Origin: a virus
Taxonomy: Duplodnaviria > Caudoviricetes
Virus record (IMG/VR): IMGVR_UViG_3300046786_000442
Location: 1 to 34,249 of that record
Length of the DNA stretch: 34,249 nucleotides
Direction: 5' to 3' (one strand)
The notes under the pieces are model-generated. The model saw nothing but the letters and a program-made list of their open reading frames with translations. It did not search any database and was not told the origin of the DNA. The number at the start of each line of letters is the position of its first letter. The first letter of the stretch is position 1. This document shows positions 7,700 through 21,100 of the stretch, in pieces. Both the position numbers and the translations under genes were made by a program.

Positions 7700-9085
7700 A
7701 TGCCCGTCACCTTCCTCCGCACCCCAGCCGACTACTTCGGCATTCAAGAAGCGCCAGCCCAGCCGCTCTTTCAGCAGACTCGCGCCTTGGCGGACCCGGC
7801 TGTTCAGAACCAGCTAGGCTTCATGGACAAGGTGACGCAGCTACGGCAGCGAAGGCCACTGGCTCGTGCTCAGGCGATGCAGAACGAGTATGACTCCATC
7901 TTTGCGAACGCCGACCGTCTGAGGATGCAGCAAGAGGCGGCAAAGCAGGCGGAACAGGCTGTTTCGGCCTTGGCTGGACTGACGCCAGAAGCGGATGATT
8001 ACGTTGCTCAACGCCAGCAAATCCAGCGTCAATTCCCGTCAGCCATGCTTGATCCACGGGTTCAGCGCATCGTGGATGACAATGACCAAGTTTTCAGGGG
8101 TCGCCAGAGCGCGATTGCCAAACAACAGGCGGAACGTGAGGGTTTGACCGCCGAACTGACCGAGGCTGGCATGACCGATTTGAACGAGGCTGCTCGTATT
8201 GCCAGCCTTGGACGCCCGGCTGTTGGTGCTGCGAAGTATCAACTAGGCAAAGGCGGTGGAGTTACAGAGAACCCGCGCCTTAAGATGATTAAAGGCGGTC
8301 TGGATACGCTTGCTGAAACCATCAGGAACACGCCCGAGGACATCGAGACGGCTGATGGTCAATTCATCCCGAACCCGGCACGCAAGAGCCTTCTCGACAA
8401 GTATTCTCAGTATTCTAGCGAGTATCAATCCGAGTTGGATAAGGCGCTCTTTCCGCAGACCGAGAAGGTGTCTGAGACGGTTAAAACGCCAGTTGGGAGC
8501 ACAAAGATTACTGAAACAACCAAGCCGTCCCCGCAGGCTGAACAGCCCTCGTTGGATGCTCAGTTGGCAAGCCTTCCGTTCTCCCAACAGCAAGCATTTC
8601 TTGAGAAGAAAAAGGCGGAAGAGGAGTCGGCAAAGGCAATCGCCCCAGCTTGGGACAAGGCTAAACGGGACATTGGCAGCAAGATTGCTAAGATTATACC
8701 GGATAAAACCTTTGAGGGCACCGGGATTAATCAGCTTGAATCCTTTGCCAAGGCGGTTCTTGAGCCAAATAACAACATTATTCAGCATCCCGAATACGGG
8801 ACGATTCCCGTTGCTTGGGATGTCCTAAACAAAGCCGGTGTTCCGATGGCTGATATTATGAACAATGAGACGGTATTTCGCGAACCCGGAGAGGGTCGCC
8901 GTGTTCTTGGATTCATTGGGACTCAGCAGGTTGGATACCAAGAGCTTCTCCGCGAGTGGGCTAGGGATTACCTGAATAAAAAAGGGAGGCTTTTACCTAC
9001 CTCTCAGAGCCCAACTGGATCGACTCTGACGCCGCAACAGGCCAAAGACTTTGAGGAACTCAAGGCGCTGGTTGGCTCCAAATAA
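7700..9085 (+). CDS. Probable internal virion (DNA ejection) protein
   Basis: 461 aa, Gln/Ala-rich helical, Cys-free, directly before the giant protein. Confidence 0.6.
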   Translation: MPVTFLRTPADYFGIQEAPAQPLFQQTRALADPAVQNQLGFMDKVTQLRQRRPLARAQAMQNEYDSIFANADRLRMQQEAAKQAEQAVSALAGLTPEADDYVAQRQQIQRQFPSAMLDPRVQRIVDDNDQVFRGRQSAIAKQQAEREGLTAELTEAGMTDLNEAARIASLGRPAVGAAKYQLGKGGGVTENPRLKMIKGGLDTLAETIRNTPEDIETADGQFIPNPARKSLLDKYSQYSSEYQSELDKALFPQTEKVSETVKTPVGSTKITETTKPSPQAEQPSLDAQLASLPFSQQQAFLEKKKAEEESAKAIAPAWDKAKRDIGSKIAKIIPDKTFEGTGINQLESFAKAVLEPNNNIIQHPEYGTIPVAWDVLNKAGVPMADIMNNETVFREPGEGRRVLGFIGTQQVGYQELLREWARDYLNKKGRLLPTSQSPTGSTLTPQQAKDFEELKALVGSK

Positions 9086-9086
9086 C

Positions 9087-9115
9087 TTGCGACTAGTTCA
9101 ATGGTGAAATAAGGT
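9087..9115 (+). promoter_or_regulatory. sigma70-like promoter of the giant gene
   Basis: TTGCGA-N17-TAAGGT, 6 nt before ATG 9122. Confidence 0.5.
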
Positions 9116-9121
9116 TGCCTT

Positions 9122-12100
9122 ATGCCCAAGTGGAATGAAATCACCCAAACTGAGAAGTATCAGAGCCTTCCACCAGAGGCAAAAGCCGAGATTAAAGCCG
9201 ATTGGTTCAGAAATAATCTTCTGCCGGAAGTTGAGCGTCGTCCGTCCCTTCAGGAAATGGGCGCTGACAAGGTGTTCCAGTGGTTTATGGAGCAACCAGA
9301 CGACACCGGCCAAGGCTACGTCTCGTCGATGCTTGGTTCTGCTGGACGTGGATTTGGCGAGATTGTGCCGGGAACCGTAACTGGCGTTGGCGCATTGCTT
9401 GGAAGCGAAGGTATTCAAGGCGCTGGCGAGTCTTTGCGAGAAGGTCTCGAATACATTGCGCCAGTTAACCCCATCTACCAAGATGATCTTGCCATGAAGG
9501 GGATGAATGTCCTTGGAAACGTTGGTAGCATTATGGCTACCGGTGGCATTGGCGGAGCAGCAGGTCGTGGATTGGCCGCCGAGAGCATCGCGGCAGCAGG
9601 AACGCAAGCTGCCAAGCAGGCTTTGGCACGCCAAGCTATTCAACGCGGTGCTAGTAGTGCTCTTTACGGAACTGGATTTGCTCAAGGAGCCGCTCAAAAG
9701 GCAGAGGAAAACAAACGTCTTGGAATGGAGGGTCCTGAAGCCTACCTCAACCTTATTGGCGGCGGTCTTTCCGAGGTATTGCCTGAAATGCTTCCGTTTG
9801 GCACCGCTCTTGAAACGGCTGCCGCTCGACGCATGCTGGGCGGAGTAGATGAGGCTGGCAAAGTGATTCCGGGCATTCGCATGAGTGCCGCTCAAGAGGC
9901 GCTTGAAGGTGGAACGACTCGATCTCTCAGCAACCTTTCGACTCAATTGACCGCTCCAGAGGGCGTGGAAACGCCGGGGCTTTTTGAAGGTTTTGGTGAG
10001 GCTGCTTTGTGGGAAGGCGTGGGTGGTGCCATGTTTGGTGCAATAAACAAACTTGGTCGCACTCCTTTGGATAAACAGACGCCAGAACAGAAACAATGGC
10101 AGGCGGAAATCAATGCCACTCCGGTTGACGTGGCCCCTCCAATTACACCCGAAGAAAACCAGAAGAACGCAGCAGAAGGCGGTATTCCAGTAGTTGCGCC
10201 AGATGGCACTGTAAGCTGGATGCCGTCAGTCAGTGAGGCAATTAATATTCAGGGTCCACAGCCGGAGAATGCTCCATCAGATGTTGAGCGGAGGCTTGGC
10301 GGCTTGATGAGTAAACCATCCGACCCCGGCATTCAAATTGCCTCCGAACTCGCAACGCAAACCTCCAATGTCGAAGGTGCCACAGAAACTGCCATTCTCG
10401 CAAAGAAGCAAATCCAGCAAACCCAAGACCTTGTTGACGCCGCCATCAAAGGAATGCCCGCATCGCCAACCGAGCCAGCAGTTCAGCCTGTCAAAACGGC
10501 TGAAGCGGTTGAACCGGAAGTAACACTAAATCGCGTTGAGCAAATCAATTCCCAAAAACAAAACTTGGACCAGAAGGCTCAACAGCTTGGGTTCGCAAAT
10601 GCCCGCGCTTTGAATTTGGCAAAGCTGACCTCAACCGAGGTTAGCGACCAAGAACGTGAGGTTCTTGAAGAATACGGAAACCTCAACAAGGAGATTAAAG
10701 AACTAAGCTGGAAAGACGCCATCAATCTTCCAGAGTCCGATTTTGATGTTTGGAGCAAAACTCGCTTTACGCCGGAAATTAAATCCGATGTCGATTTGAA
10801 TGGTATGGGGCAACTCTACCTCACTCTTTCCGGTCGTGGAGAGGCGGAAAAAGCTACACAAGTTCTTCAAAAAATTCAATCTTCCAAAAGGAAGGCGAAT
10901 TGGACTGAGGCCGAATGGAGCAAGAGATTTCCTGATGACTCGACGAGTCAGGAGGAATTGGATTCGCTAAATCAGCAAAATCAAGAATGGAATGACGGCA
11001 TTGACTCGATGCTGAGCATTCTTCAAGAGCAAACCAGTCCTGAAGTAACACCTTCGCTGCCTGAGACGGAATTGCAGCCCGTCGTGGATCAAGAAGCCAC
11101 CGCCGTGACGATGGTTCAGGCAGCACCCCTTTCTGAAGGTGCAGAACGCAATCGCGCTGTCATCGCCGAAGCTGCTGCCAAGCTGCGCGGTGAAGCTCCA
11201 AAAGACCTTTCCGCTGGCCTTCAAGCCGCGATTCCACAACAAACCCAACAAGAAAATGCCCTTCCAGTCGAAATCTCAAATAAAAGCCTGCTTCGCGAAG
11301 AAAGACCCGAAATGGAACTGCAAGGAATGGGCGAGCAAAACGCCCAGCCTGAAGAAGTTGCCACAGAAGTCAGCGAAGAAGAAGTAAAACGCCCCTTGCG
11401 AGTAATTATTCCTGATGGTGCAACGGCATTTAAAACAGGGTCGCTCAGTGAGCAGTTATCCAATCTTACCAAAGAGGCAAATGAGGCATTTCAAGTTCAT
11501 GGCGCTAAGAGTTTTCAAGATGTTTTATCTCTGCTAAAAGGAGCGGAGGGCGAAGTCCAAGTGGGGAAAATGATCCCTCCCTCAAATGGAAACCCATTTG
11601 GTCAAACTAAAACGGGTCGCCCCTACCTTGTTGTGGCCAAAAAGGGGGAGAGTGGCATAAGCGATGCTGGAACAATCGCTGGCGTTGTAATTAACGCCGC
11701 AGATGACGACGCGCCGCGTTTTGCGAATGAGCGAAAAACTCTTGAGAAAGCAGGGGTTCTTGTTTGGACTCCGCGTGAGTATATGCAATGGGCGAATGCA
11801 GAAGTTGCTTCCAAGCCACAACAGCCAATCACCCCCACAAAAGCGCCGACGCCCGCTACCGAAGGCATGCTCACGCCGGGAGGCGTGGGCAAGCGGGATG
11901 CGACTAAGGTTGAGCAGATGACGCCAGAGGACTTGGTTTTAGCAAATAAAATACAAGATGAAACCACGGCTCAGGTTGGTGCTAGAAGCACGAATGAACT
12001 TCGCTCATTGGAGGCAAAAATGCTTCAAAACGAGCAAGGTTTTCAGGATGGAATGGACGATGCACAGGCAGCGTTCAATAAAATTTCCGATGTTCTTGAG

Positions 12101-15100
12101 GCTCGCGATGCAATCGATAATTTGAGTTCTGTCTCTGCATACTTAGTCGATGCCTACGGCATCACCCTTCCCGAAGGCTACGTCAAGCAAGGCGACCTCT
12201 ACATCTTCAAACCGGGGGCAACTGGCGAACCAGTTCAGGCAGCACCTTCTGCTGCACAGGCCGTGAAAGCGACCGCCCCCGGACCTGTTTTTCAAAGGGT
12301 TGCAAGCGAAATGGACACGATGAGTTTAAAGGATTTGTCCGAATATGCGGAGCAGCAAGGCATACCACGAAAAGAGGCTGTTGGTTTTGCTAGGGATTAT
12401 ATTGCAAAGTGGTCCAATCAGATCGTGGATAAAGCCAATGGTTTATTTGGTCGGTCTATTAAACTTGGATTCTTCCCATCAAAAATTAGTAAGGACGGGA
12501 TGAAGATTGTGGCTTCCGGTCGCGGTCTTTCTCACAAGCATGGAATTGAAGTTGATGACTCGCAATCGCCACTTCATGCCGCATGGGTTGCGGCGCATGA
12601 GTTTGCCCATCAGATTTTTCCGACCGCATTTCTTCCTAAGGAGGCATCTTTGGCAAAGGGAACTCACCCAAAGGGGTTGGATGATATTAAGTCGAAATCC
12701 AAATCTGAAAAACTTGCCAGCGATTTTGCAAATTGGCTTGTCTCTAAAGAATACCCTGAGCATGCCAACAGCATCCCATCAATCCCAAGCGGGATGCGAG
12801 ATTATTTTGAATCACTGATTCAACCCCAAACCGCAACGGTAGCCACACCAACAGAAACCGCCGCCCCTTCGGCTAAAGGAGCGGCGGTAGCCAGTGTTGG
12901 TTCCAACCTCGCTGGGGGTCGATCCAGCGAGTTGCCGGAAGCAACCCCCCAGAAAGCTGTAAAGTCAACGGGAAAAGTCCTAGAGGGTGGATCGCTAAAG
13001 CGCAGCAAACCGCGTGAAAGTATCGTTTTCAAAAATCCCATCAAAACTCCCTTGGGAGATGTGGTGGGCTATTCTTGGTCAAGCCAACTGGTTGAAGACG
13101 TAGATAATCAGGGCGAGCCAATCCTTCGCCGCATTTCAAATTGGGATGAGGCGGCAAATAATGCAGAGACAGGTCGCGACATTGTTCACCGCTTCTTGAT
13201 CCGCAAGCCAGATGGAAGCGCGTCAGAAGTCTCTCTCGAAAGCACTCTTGGTAAGATGTCGCCTAACGACAAAAAGACCGTCAAAATGGTTATTTCTACC
13301 GCCAAGAGGCTTCCGTTTATGCGGGCTGAACTAGCAGAGCTTCAGGCATTGCAAAAGCAAGCGGACGCCGAGTATCAGCGCGTGCAAAAACTTAATCCCG
13401 ACCCGTCAAAACTTGAACTTCGCACCCCCGATGTTAATTGGCTCGCTGAAAAGGGTGACAAGGTGGCTTATCTCGACGGGGTATTTCTAGGGTTCGTGGA
13501 GAGCGGCGATCTTAATTCAAAAGGTGAACTATCGAATAAGGCTAGGTTCATTTACGAAAATGCTTGGAAGTGGCGTGACGCTCAAATTAAAACGCAGCTT
13601 ACCGAAACACAGAAAGACCGTATCAAATCGCTGGAACGGCGTATTAAAAAGGCCGAGTCACTCCTAAGCGATCAGAACGTGACCGTATCTGCGGTTGCCA
13701 TTGAACCAACTTCGCTGGCCGAGTCAGGTCCACCTGACGCGGAAATGAAGACCCCCTCCGTGACGACGGAAAGGCCAGCCCCGATTACAAATGAAAATCC
13801 AAGCACCAATCAAAGCGAACGGGAGAGTGGTGGGAATGTGGGCGTTAAATCCACATATCCTAGCAAGAGTGCGACCGATAGGTCATCACTCGGAACAACC
13901 GGAAAGCAAATCATTGACGCATGGCGCTCAATGCAGGGAACCAAAATCGCACCCGGCGAAACTGTCGTTGGATGGGATGTAAATAATGGTGGGCGATACG
14001 CCTTCATCAACGACAGGCTTGTTAAATTGCAGCAGGGCGGCAAAGCGTTTACCTCAACATACACCGAAGCAACAGACAAAGATTGGCAGGATGTCAGCGA
14101 CTCGCTTGATCGCGGTGCTTTCCAAGTTGAGGTGCGTAAAATTACTGGTCTTGGAGGCTATCAAAAGTCAGACTCAGGAAAAACGGTGAGAGTTCTACAT
14201 CAAGCGACTGGAAGACCGCTTCAAGAGTTTCTTGAAACACCAGATGGCGCTGCGTGGCAAAAAAGGATGGATGAAGCTGTTGCCAACAGAGGCCCTAAAA
14301 CACAAGAAACGCAGTCGTCAACTAAGGAAAATGCTCGCCGAATCCTAGATGGTAAGATCGCAAAACTGCCAGAAAGGGCCAGAACCAAGATTCGAGATGC
14401 TGCCGAGCAGTATTTCAACGGGCCTATCAAACAAGATGGCTATCCAGATTTCAGCCCATTAACGCAGCTACCCATCCCAAGTCATCGCGAGGCGGTGGTC
14501 AAATCTTGGCAGGAGGCGAATCCAGAATTGCTTCAAGAGGCAAGGAAACGTGCTGCTAGTGATGACCGAAAAACCAAGCAGCAGGAAAAAGAGGACGCTG
14601 CTCATTATGCCGCTACCACATTCAAGAATGATCGTGAGGAAGAAGCAGAACTCGCCAAGGAAATCAAGAAGGGCGAGGAGGTAAGGCGAGCTAGGAGGTC
14701 TGTCATTGATCCAGCAAAGACAAACATCGTTTACGGCAAAGTCACCACGGCCAACGTCGAGGCTGCACGTCGCCAGTTGCAAAATTCCGGCGAGATTCCG
14801 AATGCCATCCTGACTCGAATCTATGCCTCACCAGAAGCCTTCTTGGCCGACCGCTCAAATCAGCGTTATTTTCCAGCCGCCTATGCACGCATCATGGCTG
14901 AGCCGAATGTAGAGGGCTTGTATGCCGACAAGACCACCTTTGTTTTCGCCAGCAATGTTGGTGTTTCTGACTTGGACCGAGGTATTGCAGAAGCTCGCGG
15001 CATTTCCGCAGAGCAAGCCGCAGCACGTCGTGTTATTGCCCATGAAAACGGTCATCGCGGAGTTGATTTGTTCGAGCCTTGGGAATTGCGCGAGTTCCGC

Positions 15101-18100
15101 AGCTTCGTTAATCGCACTTACACCACCGAGGAAATTGACAACCTCGTTCGCCTCTACACTGAATTTGCCGATTGGAGAACCAACCCAGTCAGCCGCAATG
15201 AAGCCTTGGAGGAGATTTTCCAGAAGAAGTTCGAGCGTCTTGTAAAAATCCCCACCGGAGGCCTTTGGGACGACATCGTTCAATTCCTGAAGCGCGTCTG
15301 GCGTCGCCTGACCGGACGCAAAGGTGATCCTACGCTGGACAACATGAAGGACGTGGTTCGCTTGCTGCGGAATGCCATGCGTAGGGCTGCTGTGCCGCCA
15401 AACAGCTACACGACGAAGGATGGTGGCGAGGTGAAGCTGAGCTACGCTGGCGAGAAGGCCATCGAGAACCTTCCCGAAGAACGCCGCCAGTTCATGCGTG
15501 ATTCGCTTGAGACGGCAAAGGCGATGGCTGCTGCTGGTAAGGACAGCGAGGAGATTCGTGCTGTGACCGGCTGGTTCCCCGGCAAGTATGATGGCAAAAT
15601 GCGCTGGGAGGTGCCTGATGATGGGGCTTCACTCAAAACAACCACCTTCTACGAAGGAAGGCTTGGTGACTGGATTGAACATCCAGAATTATTTAAGGCT
15701 TACCCGCAGGCGGCAGAAATTCCAGTCAGCCTTAAAGAAGGCCTTGGCTTTGGCGCAGACTTTATTGCTGGTGGTGTTTTTAATGCCGATGGCAGTATTC
15801 ATATCAACCCATCAACCGGGGATGTTTTGAGTGTAATTTTACATGAAATTCAGCATTGGATTCAGTCTGAAGAAGGACTGCCAACTGGAAGTAATCCGAT
15901 TTTATTCTCTGATTATACTAATGAAGCCCAAAAAAGAGCCAACGCGGCACGGGATGTTTTGGACTCCATTGGTGATGCTGTAGCCTTGAAGTATTATCTC
16001 AAGCGAGATGCTGACAACTTAGGTGAAGCAAAAAAAATCTTTCGAGATGAGTTTAATCGAGAACCACATCCTGAAGCTGGTCAATTTGCTAGATTTTTCT
16101 CTGATGATGAAATTCAAGCAGAGGCAGACAGGGCTGTTGAAAGACTGAATAAGGCGAATGTTACGATTCGGCGTGGAAGTGCTATGAATCAATACATGAA
16201 AACCGCAGGCGAAATCGAAGCCCGCGATGTCCAAGCCCGTCAAAAGCTGACACCCGAGCAACGCAAGGCTACCGCGCCATATTCCAATGAGAACATCGCG
16301 CCCGAGGATGCGATTGTGATGTTTGGTGGCAGCGGTGCTCAGATGAGCGTGGCACCGATGTCAGAGCAAGATGCCGAATACTTCGCCGCCGTGGAGGCTG
16401 GCGACATGGAGAAGGCGCAGCGGATGGTGGATGAGGCGGCGAGAGCTGCGGGGTATGACACTGGGTGGTTTCATGGGCGAAAAACCAACTGGACTGTTTA
16501 TGACCCTGCTACTGACAAATTTGGAGGCTTGTATATAACCAAGGACAGGCGTGCGGCAGAGGCTTACTCTCGCGGCAAATGGGAGGGTAGTTCTGATAAT
16601 GTGCCTGAAGGTGCAAATGTTCTCTCCTTGGCCGCCAAACTTGGGAACTCTCTGAAGATAGATACAGAGATGGAATACATAAAGGGTGTTCCCAATACTT
16701 CTGCTGTTGATTTGTTAAAACAAGTTGTCAAAGCTCGCAACGAGCTGGCTAAAAAGGATGGGTGGAAAACCTTAATGGGAACTCCTGTTCAGCCAATAAA
16801 GACGATTGGGCCGGAGTGGAAGATGGCTACTTCTCGCAAAGAGTTGTGGGGAGCCATGACTCAACTTGGCATCAGCGGGAAAAGGATGCGCTCAATACTT
16901 CGGCATTTGGGCTACGATTCCATGTCTTACTACGGGCACGACGGGATTATGGATTTCAATGATCCATATTACCAAGCGGCGATCTTTGACCCCAACCAAA
17001 TCAAGTCCGCCGACCCCGTAACCTACGACAACGCAGGCAAAGTCATCCCGCTCTCTCAGCGTTTCCAATCTACTTCACCCGACATCCGCTTCTCCCGTGT
17101 AGAATATGAAAACAAACCTTCCTTGGTCATTAACCCCCGAGCATCCTCGTCTTATAGTGGCAGGGGCGTGGCGTCAATTTCGCCATCAGACAACTCTGCA
17201 AGAGCGCAAGCAATTCGAGAAGGCGTTTCAAGAGCAAACTGGGATGAGCTTTCAACAACTCAGAGGGCGAAAGCTCTGGAAGAATTTGGACTTAAATCTA
17301 TTTCATCGCGTTATTCCTTCGATGCCGCGATACTTCCTGTTCGCCTTACCAACGAAAGAACAGATGAAAATCGACCTGCTAGTGTATATGCTGCTGAACC
17401 TTCTCCTGCAATTGCCGTCCAATTCGATGCGTCCGGGCTTTCCAATCTCCTATCTGGAGACGCGGTAACAGCCTTTGCTGCTATTTATGACATTGCCCAA
17501 GAAGAGGTCATCCATACCGCCCAGCATCTCAACTCTTATGCCAAATGGCAAGATTCTGGCGTCATGCTTCCATTTGAGGAATTTGAGGTCAATTATTACA
17601 CCTCGATGCTTCTTGAAATGGTGCAGGCCGCTGGAGCGGGATTGTCTGGAGGAGACGCAAGAGTAGCAAACATTATTGTTTCGGCATGGAATCTATACAA
17701 TCCAAATGTCCCATCGAATGACGTTAATCAGATTATTGGCAATTTGGTCCAGACCAAGACTGCGCCAGCATTTACGATGGAAATTGGCCGCCAGTTGCTT
17801 CAATTCAAACGCCAAGACTTTACCACTGAAACTGGATGGATGCGCTTCGTTGAGGCGATGAAAGGGTATCTGGCTGACGCTGTTGAGGCCTTGAAAACAT
17901 CTCTTAGCCTAGTGAGAAGCGGTCAAGCTGGTGAGATGATTCGTCGTGAAATTCAAGATGTTGAATCCATTCTGAATCGTCTTGAAACCAACCCTGATTC
18001 AATCCTTCCTGACGCGAAACCTTCCCGCGTAGAATACGCCTCGGACTACTCCGCCGCATCCAGCGCAGGCGCACAGCTTGCCCGAGACACCGTTTACGAC

Positions 18101-21100
18101 GACCGAATCATCAAGATGCGCGATGCCATCCGCCGCGCCTACGAGCAGTCCAGCACCGAGGCTGGCGTGGCAATGCCGATTGACGAGCTTTACGCGAAGG
18201 CCAAGGAGCTTGTGCCCGAAATGACCGAGAGCGAGTTTGGTAACATCCTTCAAGACCTTTACGAGGACAATGGGGCGGTGTTGCAGGAGGGTGATATTGG
18301 ACCAATTCTAACAGAAGAGGACAGTCGCTATCTCAAGCTCGCTGAAGATGAGGAGGGCAATCGCGAGGAATTGCAGGCGATGGTGATTAGCAAATACAAG
18401 GAATTTGTTAATAATCATGTAAGGATCGGTGATAATTTTTTCCCGGTTACATATATAAGATTTGGAAATCCACCAAAGGATCAGTATGGAAAATTTATCA
18501 ACTCCACCGGATTTGATGGAGGTATTCGCGAACGCGGAGTGTCTGTCATAGGGGTTTGGTATGATCCACTTCGTAAGAAGTATGTGATTCCATCTGGAAG
18601 CGAGCAGGCAGTTGCTGGAATTAGTGATTTAGTGATTCAAAATCGCCCCGCATTTGTCGTATCTGGTAAGGTTCTTGAAGATGTTGGCGCTGATACAGAA
18701 CCATTGATGGAGGCTGGCTCTGTTAGAATTGAAAAGAAACTGGATTATTCCGAGCTTCTTGAAGAGAATGAGCCAAACTTTACTCTTGATGGAGAGCCGT
18801 ATGATCCCGGACAGGAAGGAACCATCAACGCATATCATGGCGGCAAGGAAAAGTGGTGGAAGTTTAAAGGCGTTGAGCTTCCTTCAACAAGGCCCATTGT
18901 CCGAGATTCCCAAGGAAATATCATTCCTCTTTCCAAAAGGTTTGGTGATGCGCCTAAAACCAGCGGTCAAATCAACGTATTCACCCCCGAAGGCCGTCGT
19001 GCTGGATTCGCTGTCATCATGCCGAAGCGTGCTGTGGCCTCGCGGGTTGAGACGGAGGGTGAGGCTGTTGACGAATATAAGAAGAAAATCGAGGCGATTA
19101 ACAGCAATTCACTCAACGCATTCTTTGGTGGCGTTCAGATGAAAGGTGCAAGTCCGCAGGTTCGCACCGTCAAGCCTAGCAAGTCCTATGAGCAGGCCTC
19201 CATTGATCTTGCAAACGACCTGACCAAAGACGGAACGCCGATTGAGGACATCGCTGAATCCTTGTTCTCCGATGAGTTCCTTCAAGGTCTTGGCATCAAG
19301 TTGGACATACCTGCCCTCGTTTCACTCATTGCTGAGGTGAAGAATCGTGTGTCCAACCAGTCGCGTGACGAAAAGGTTCCCGGCGCTCGCCGCATCAAAC
19401 TTCAAAAGCTGGACCGCAAACTGGCTGGCTACTGGCAGGACTTGGGAACCAACTCTGGCCGCAGTCAGGGTATTCGCAGCTATATCAAAAGTAATCCACG
19501 TTACAGTTGGATGTTCATCTTTGACAGGGCGAACGAAAACCTAGAGAAGGAAGGCAAGCTGGCAGCAACCCGAGTTGCCTCCGATCTTCCGCAGACCGCC
19601 GACAATCTTCAAAAGACTGATGCCAAGGTTGGCGAGGATGCCGGTGAGCAGGCGGCGGATGAGTTTGAAGAATCAGAAGATGAAGCCCTGCTTCGTGAAG
19701 GGGAGTCCGCATTGGACTCTGACAGGCGTGGCATTTGGGAGCGCATAAAGGATGTTCTGCGCAAACTTGGCATTGTTGCCAGAGCCAAGAGAAGCCGTGT
19801 CGCAAACGCGGCGAAAGCCTCCATTTCCAAAGAAGAGAGGGACGCCATCAGCCAAATGTCGGATGCAGAACTGGCAAAGCTGGAAAGCGATCTTCTGAGT
19901 GAGTTTGACAGGCTTAGTGAGGCCTTTTTCAAAGGTGGCACAGAGCAACAAAAGGCCACTCGCGAAAAGATGGTCGCCACGGCCAAGAAGCGTGCGGAGC
20001 AGGGCAAGTCGATTGAGCCAAAACAGTCAGCCGCAAAGGAAAAACTCAGTGGTGCCGAGCGGACTGCTCAAAACATCCTCAAAGACCTGTCGGAACGCTA
20101 TGCCGATCCGAACATCTACACGGACGCAAAGAGGGCTAAAATCAACGAGATGCGCGAGCTTTACAAGAAGCGCGTCAAACAGGGTGTTGGACCCGAGCAG
20201 ATGAGCGAACAGGACTTCGTAAGCAAGGCCGTCTCGCTTGGTGCCAATAAACTGACCGCCGAAACTCTATGGAAGGCGGCGGAACTCGAAATTGAGGCAC
20301 GGGAGGCCATGCGTCAGGAGGAGGTTCTTGGGAAGATCACGCTTGAGAAGCTCCAGCGTGAAATCTCCGCTCTTCGCCCCGGTGAGCAGACGCCATTCTC
20401 CAAGCAAATCCCGTGGCGCAAACTCCTCTCGCAAAAAGCCTCCACGGTTGAAACCTACCGCCAGCGCATCTTTGACACCATCTCATCCGAGGAGTCTCTG
20501 TCGGACCTCGATGAAGCCCAAAAAGCCAAACTGGCAGACCTGCTCACGCAAGCATGGGAATCCAAGCGGAAAGCCATCTTGGACCGCATGGTGGATAACG
20601 TCATCAGTCAGGAGCAAGCCGCTGGACGCCTGACCAAGGAAGGTGCAGATGCCCTCCGCTCCCAACGTCAAAAGCTGGTCGAGGACATCAATCTTGGCAT
20701 CCTTGACGAGGACCGCCTGATGAAGCACCTCGCGGACAAGTTCGGCATCAAGTCGGAGTTCACCGAGGCCGAGCGAGCCAACATTGACCGCCTTCTTGAC
20801 ATCCTTCAAGACGACAAGCTCAACGAGGTGAAACGCAATAAAGCCGCCTACGAGCTTCTTGAGGCTCTGAGTTCGGCCACAAAGATTCCAATCGCCAAGC
20901 TGCTTGCTGATTACTGGGTTTCCTCCGTGCTTTCTGGTGTCAACACAGCAACCTCTATTGCGTTAGCGGTTGCGAGTGGTGCATACGAACTCACTTCCGG
21001 CGCATTCCGCGTGCTCAGAACTGGATTCACCAACCCCAAGGAGCTTCCGGCTGAAATTGCCGCCTCATTCAAGGCGATGGCCGAGTTCTTGAAGGCATTC

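Noticed and set aside
9098-10096. 332-aa antisense ORF
   Set aside because: Shadow of the Gly/Ala-rich start of the giant gene.
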